This document shows, piece by piece, positions 28,582 to 32,000 of a stretch of 32,000 nucleotides of DNA. The notes under the pieces are model-generated. The model had not been told where the DNA came from. It made no database searches and saw nothing but the letters and a program-made list of their open reading frames with translations. The DNA lies in NCBI RefSeq assembly GCF_000341895.1, contig NC_020409.1, positions 570,001-602,000 of the forward strand, written 5' to 3'. Position numbers and translations under genes: made by a program. Each line of letters opens with the position of its first letter. Positions within the stretch are counted from its first letter, which is position 1. The DNA is from Pseudodesulfovibrio piezophilus C1TLV30 (lineage in GTDB: Bacteria; Desulfobacterota; Desulfovibrionia; Desulfovibrionales; Desulfovibrionaceae).

Positions 28582-28887
28582 ATGAAAATTACTACCGTAC
28601 TTATTCCACTTTTCATATTGTTCTTATGCTTTAATGCTCACGCCCATACACTATATTTTACTCTGAGCGATGACGGAGACAACATGGTCGAACTTGAAGG
28701 AATGTTTTCAAATGGTGTCATGGGTGCTGGCATCGCAGTCAATCTCTACAGTAAAGAAGATAACGCTCTCATCTGGAAAGGACGAACGGATGAGTTTGGG
28801 CTATGCACTTTCGAACGTCCCGATAAGCCCTATGAAGTTGAACTTGACGCAGGGCCGGGGCATCAGTCCAGAGAAGACGGAATCTAA
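28582..28887 (+). CDS. Small secreted protein, CarboxypepD_reg/transthyretin-like beta-sandwich (hypothetical)
   Basis: GGAGGA SD. The signal peptide ends AHA, leaving a mature N-terminus of His (HTLYF...). The G.AV.LY....I..GRTDEFG.C.FE....YEV pattern fits the fold. Confidence 0.6.
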   Translation: MKITTVLIPLFILFLCFNAHAHTLYFTLSDDGDNMVELEGMFSNGVMGAGIAVNLYSKEDNALIWKGRTDEFGLCTFERPDKPYEVELDAGPGHQSREDGI

Positions 28888-28905
28888 TACTGCTATTCTG
28901 TTACT

Positions 28906-28937
28906 AAGCGGGTGTAAATCTGAACCTACACCCGCTT
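28906..28937 (+). terminator. Hairpin after the small secreted-protein gene
   Basis: AAGCGGGTGTA pairs with TACACCCGCTT (11 bp, 10-nt loop). There is no clear T-run. Confidence 0.45.
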
Positions 28938-29325
28938 AATATAGCGCAGTAGGCAGTTGTTTTGACAATATAATCATGACTGGCTCATATAAAGAGGCCA
29001 TTTCCCCGAAAGTTGATTCTAAAGAGCGTCAAGAACTGCCATTTATTTATCTGTAACATACGACTAACGGCATCGCTCCACTCAACGTTTCCTTGTGGAG
29101 TCAATTGAGACAATTTTCTTTTACGACCCGCCATCAGCAGAAATATCGGTATGAAATAGAGACAAAAACTATGTACTCATACCTGATTCACTGGAACCTA
29201 AATATCCCCCCTTCAGCATGATCTTCCATGATCGCCAGCTTGACCTTCGCTCCCCATCCTTCATCTGATTATATGCTTGTTGCCAATGTCGATATTGATT
29301 AAATTTGTCCCTGACACACAACTTT

Positions 29326-29487
29326 TCACTCAACAAGAGGTTGTCCCAACTCTCGCATAACGACTCTCTTGCCGATACCGGCTCCCCCTGAAACGATCAG
29401 AATTTTTCCGGTTATATTTAAAACAGAATCAAATCTTTCAAGCAGACTTTTTTTACCATAAGGCTTTGTCAAAAAGAACACCTTCAT
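29326..29487 (-). pseudogene. Remnant of a short-chain dehydrogenase/reductase gene (N-terminal Rossmann segment only)
   Basis: The 53-codon ORF ...GKILIVSGGAGIGKRVVMREL... carries the SDR TGxxxGIG-type dinucleotide motif and then stops. The next expected strand (GTNLINIDI) appears in a different frame downstream. Confidence 0.4.
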
Positions 29488-29771
29488 AGCTCTTCTCTTT
29501 ATTTAGATGGGCTGTAAAATCTTTTTTCAAACCCTAGAATTCTAAAATCTGGACATTTGTGTCACTAACGCAGAGAACACAAAAGATTGACAGGAACCAT
29601 CATGAACGGACAGAACATGTGCCTGCCAGAATGATAGGCAGGAAAGAAAGAGATAACGCAAATATGAACAATACAGGTTCTATAAAACTGCAGGGGGTTC
29701 ATATTGAAAAATTATTTAAAAAACATTCTGTTAAGTCAGTTTAATTAAACCTATACCTAAAAAATATTCAT

Positions 29772-31955
29772 ATGGATAGAGTGCACTCCCAATTGCCATC
29801 CAATAAATTTAGACTGCTTACAGTGGTCATGGCTATCGGCTTTTTCACCTCGTTAGGCATTGGCCTTTTTTCTTTTGTAGTTCCACTTATGAGTCTGGAT
29901 GAGAAAATTAGTGGAGCTTGGCTTGGGAGTGCCTTTGCCGGATATTATTTTGCCAAACTCTTGGCGGCACCTCTCAGTGGAGCTGCCGCTGATAAATTCG
30001 GACCAAAGCCTGTGCTGATCTGTGCGACTTTAGCCGGTTGTCTTATTCCACTCTTCGCACTCTTGAAAAATGACTTAGAGGTTCTTTATTTTGTCCAATT
30101 CTCCTTAGGACTCATTTCCGGACTTATAAAACCAGTCGGAATGGCCATTTTGGGAAGTAATATTGCCAGGAAATCACTTCCACGCTCTTTTGCATTTCAC
30201 GCCTTCTCATATCATATAGCTCTTTTCATCGGCCCCCTGATTGGAGGGATATTTTATATCAAAGGATCAGTTCAGCCCATTTTAATAGGCTTGTCGATAT
30301 GCATGGGGCTGAGCTGCCTTGTCAGCATCTTTTTACTCCCAAAACAAACAACAACGACAGTATCTCCTTCAAAACAACACACATCTTTTTCCTTCGGATT
30401 ACAGACCCTTGCGCTCTTAATTGCTATTGGTGGCCGTACTATTGGAATTGGATTTCTGGCTGCTTTCTACCCAATATTACTGAGTATAATTCTAGGCAGA
30501 GGCATCAAGATCGCCCTCCTTTTTGCCATTCCTGGCCTGGCAACCTGCCTCGGACTTCTGGCAATAAACAGATTTGCTGAACACAAGCCTGATCTGCATA
30601 TGACAATTTGTGGCATGCTGTTAAGTTCCTTAGCCATGTTTTTTCTTGGAGAAGCCGAAACCTCCTGGCAATTTATCACCCTTGGATCAACGATGGGCAT
30701 AGGTGCCGCTCTTTCTGTTCCGGCATCAATGTCAATGGCATCCGATATATCGTTACAACAAGGTAAGATTTTTGGGACCGCTCACCTGGCAGCAGGTCTC
30801 GGTTTTCTGATTGGCCCATTGCTTGGCGGCTTTCTTATTCCGGAACTACACTCTATCAATCCTGTTCTCCAAATTGCAGCCACTCTAGGCGCACTTTCTT
30901 GTGTTCCATTACTGTGCTCTGCACTTCAGAGTCACTTTCATTTTGGCAGAGGAATCGCATGGGGAGTTGCACTAACTTTAGCTCTATTTCTGATTATTCC
31001 AGCAGCCGTCAGGAGTAAGGTGCTTTTGCAAAAAGATTCCCATATAAATGATGGAATATACCAATTCACCGATGTTGCTATGGGCACCATTGTCAATCTG
31101 ACCCTCGTCGCTGACAGTCAAAAAAAAGCAGATGATGCCGCTCGAAAAACCCTTACGACCATGCGTGCGCTTCAGCAGGACTTCGACTTTCGCAGTCCTC
31201 ATGGATCCATCGGAAGAATTAATCGAGATGCAGGCCATGGCTGGGTCAAACCATCACAGAGGTCTTTTGGCCTCATCATGAGAACATTGGTCATCAGCAG
31301 ACAATCACAAGGAATCTTTGATCCTTCGGTCGGTGCTTTAACAACATCCCCAATCTACTATGCACTGGATACGCATCTTGCAGAAAAGAAGAAAGGACTC
31401 GTTGATTACAGACTTATTGAGATAGATACTTCAGGAAAGAGAATCCGCCTTGCCAGGATGGGGATGGCACTCGATATGGGGGGAATTGCCAAAGGGACAA
31501 TAATAGATACCGCAGTGACCGTTTTAAAAAAACAAGGTATCAAATCCGGAATAGTCGAAGCAGGCGGAGACTTTTATTGCTTTGGAGACCGAGAATGGCA
31601 CATTGGAATCCGTCATCCTCGTGATAAAAAGCTCTTCGGCACGCTCGCCATTCGAGAACAAGGCGTCTGCGGTTCAGGTGATTATCAACAATATGTCACA
31701 TTCGAAGACAAAAAAGGGAGTGAACGACGACATCATATTATTAACCCTTCCACTATGCTCTCAGCGCACCAATCCATCGGAGTCACTGTCATCTCCGACA
31801 CCGCAGAACGTGCGGACGCTTTGGCTACCACACTCTTTATCATGGGGCCGATCAATGGACAGGAATTCCTCGATAAATATTATCCAACAACCGCTGCGGT
31901 CTGGTTTTCTCCCGATCAATCCGTTATTCTCTCCAAGAACTTTCCTGCCCGATGA
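29772..31955 (+). CDS. Fusion protein: MFS transporter (12 TM) + extra TM + ApbE-family FAD:protein FMN transferase domain
   Basis: The N-terminal ~390 aa has an MFS topology and loop motif (PLSGAAADKFGPKP). A 13th hydrophobic helix (GIAWGVALTLALFLIIPAAV) follows. The C-terminal ~300 aa carries ApbE motifs: ALDMGGIAKG, GSGDYQ, HHIINP, ADALATT. Confidence 0.85.
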   Translation: MDRVHSQLPSNKFRLLTVVMAIGFFTSLGIGLFSFVVPLMSLDEKISGAWLGSAFAGYYFAKLLAAPLSGAAADKFGPKPVLICATLAGCLIPLFALLKNDLEVLYFVQFSLGLISGLIKPVGMAILGSNIARKSLPRSFAFHAFSYHIALFIGPLIGGIFYIKGSVQPILIGLSICMGLSCLVSIFLLPKQTTTTVSPSKQHTSFSFGLQTLALLIAIGGRTIGIGFLAAFYPILLSIILGRGIKIALLFAIPGLATCLGLLAINRFAEHKPDLHMTICGMLLSSLAMFFLGEAETSWQFITLGSTMGIGAALSVPASMSMASDISLQQGKIFGTAHLAAGLGFLIGPLLGGFLIPELHSINPVLQIAATLGALSCVPLLCSALQSHFHFGRGIAWGVALTLALFLIIPAAVRSKVLLQKDSHINDGIYQFTDVAMGTIVNLTLVADSQKKADDAARKTLTTMRALQQDFDFRSPHGSIGRINRDAGHGWVKPSQRSFGLIMRTLVISRQSQGIFDPSVGALTTSPIYYALDTHLAEKKKGLVDYRLIEIDTSGKRIRLARMGMALDMGGIAKGTIIDTAVTVLKKQGIKSGIVEAGGDFYCFGDREWHIGIRHPRDKKLFGTLAIREQGVCGSGDYQQYVTFEDKKGSERRHHIINPSTMLSAHQSIGVTVISDTAERADALATTLFIMGPINGQEFLDKYYPTTAAVWFSPDQSVILSKNFPAR

Positions 31956-32000
31956 AATTATTGTTACTAATCGGTATCAATCTTGCTTTAATCTCATAAT

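Noticed and set aside
28985-29134. A 49-codon minus-strand ORF (MAGRKRKLSQLTPQGNVEW...) in the decayed spacer, considered as a possible transposase or HTH remnant.
   Set aside because: It has no recognisable motif beyond a basic N-terminus, no SD and no flanking repeats.
31952-31999. A 15-codon ORF (MKLLLLIGINLALIS) whose ATG overlaps the MFS-ApbE stop (ATGA).
   Set aside because: It is too short to support and sits at the window edge. It could be chance or a leader-like peptide, and cannot be evaluated here.

Overview
This is a 32-kb bacterial chromosomal window, moderately AT-rich. Its gene order fits a Desulfovibrionales-type deltaproteobacterium, inferred from synteny only. It falls into three blocks.

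(1) 1-14.6 kb, housekeeping. dapA is cut at its 5' end by the window edge. A long minus-strand array follows: ppaC, mannose-family PTS IIC/IIB/IIA, rapZ, ptsN, hpf, rpoN, lptB, lptA-like, lptC, kdsC, kdsA, pyrG. Plus-strand purQ-like, tadA, a NifX/NifB-like gene and tRNA-Ser(CGA) come next.

(2) 14.56-20.76 kb, a compact ~6.2-kb integrative element in the 3' end of tRNA-Ser, bounded by a 21/22-nt direct repeat. It carries:
- a large tyrosine integrase;
- an orphan 3-TM membrane protein;
- an ~0.8-kb region with no credible ORF but many hairpins;
- a tightly coupled operon of five small genes (RHH-like, three unknowns, ParB/Srx-like);
- an IS3-family element that cuts the last gene.

(3) 21.1-32 kb, accessory-looking. 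It holds a MATE exporter and a cell-surface-signalling iron-type cluster: FecI-like ECF sigma, FecR, an STN-domain TonB-dependent transducer, a PepSY-TM protein and a small secreted beta-sandwich protein. A decayed ~0.8-kb spacer with an SDR gene remnant and an unusual MFS(12TM)+TM13+ApbE fusion follow.

I saw no CRISPR array, no rRNA and no recognisable known defence system. The best candidates for something undescribed are (a) the island's structured non-coding region together with its five-gene operon and membrane protein, and (b) the MFS-ApbE fusion next to the PepSY/TonB module. All functional calls come from motif recognition by eye; no database search was run.
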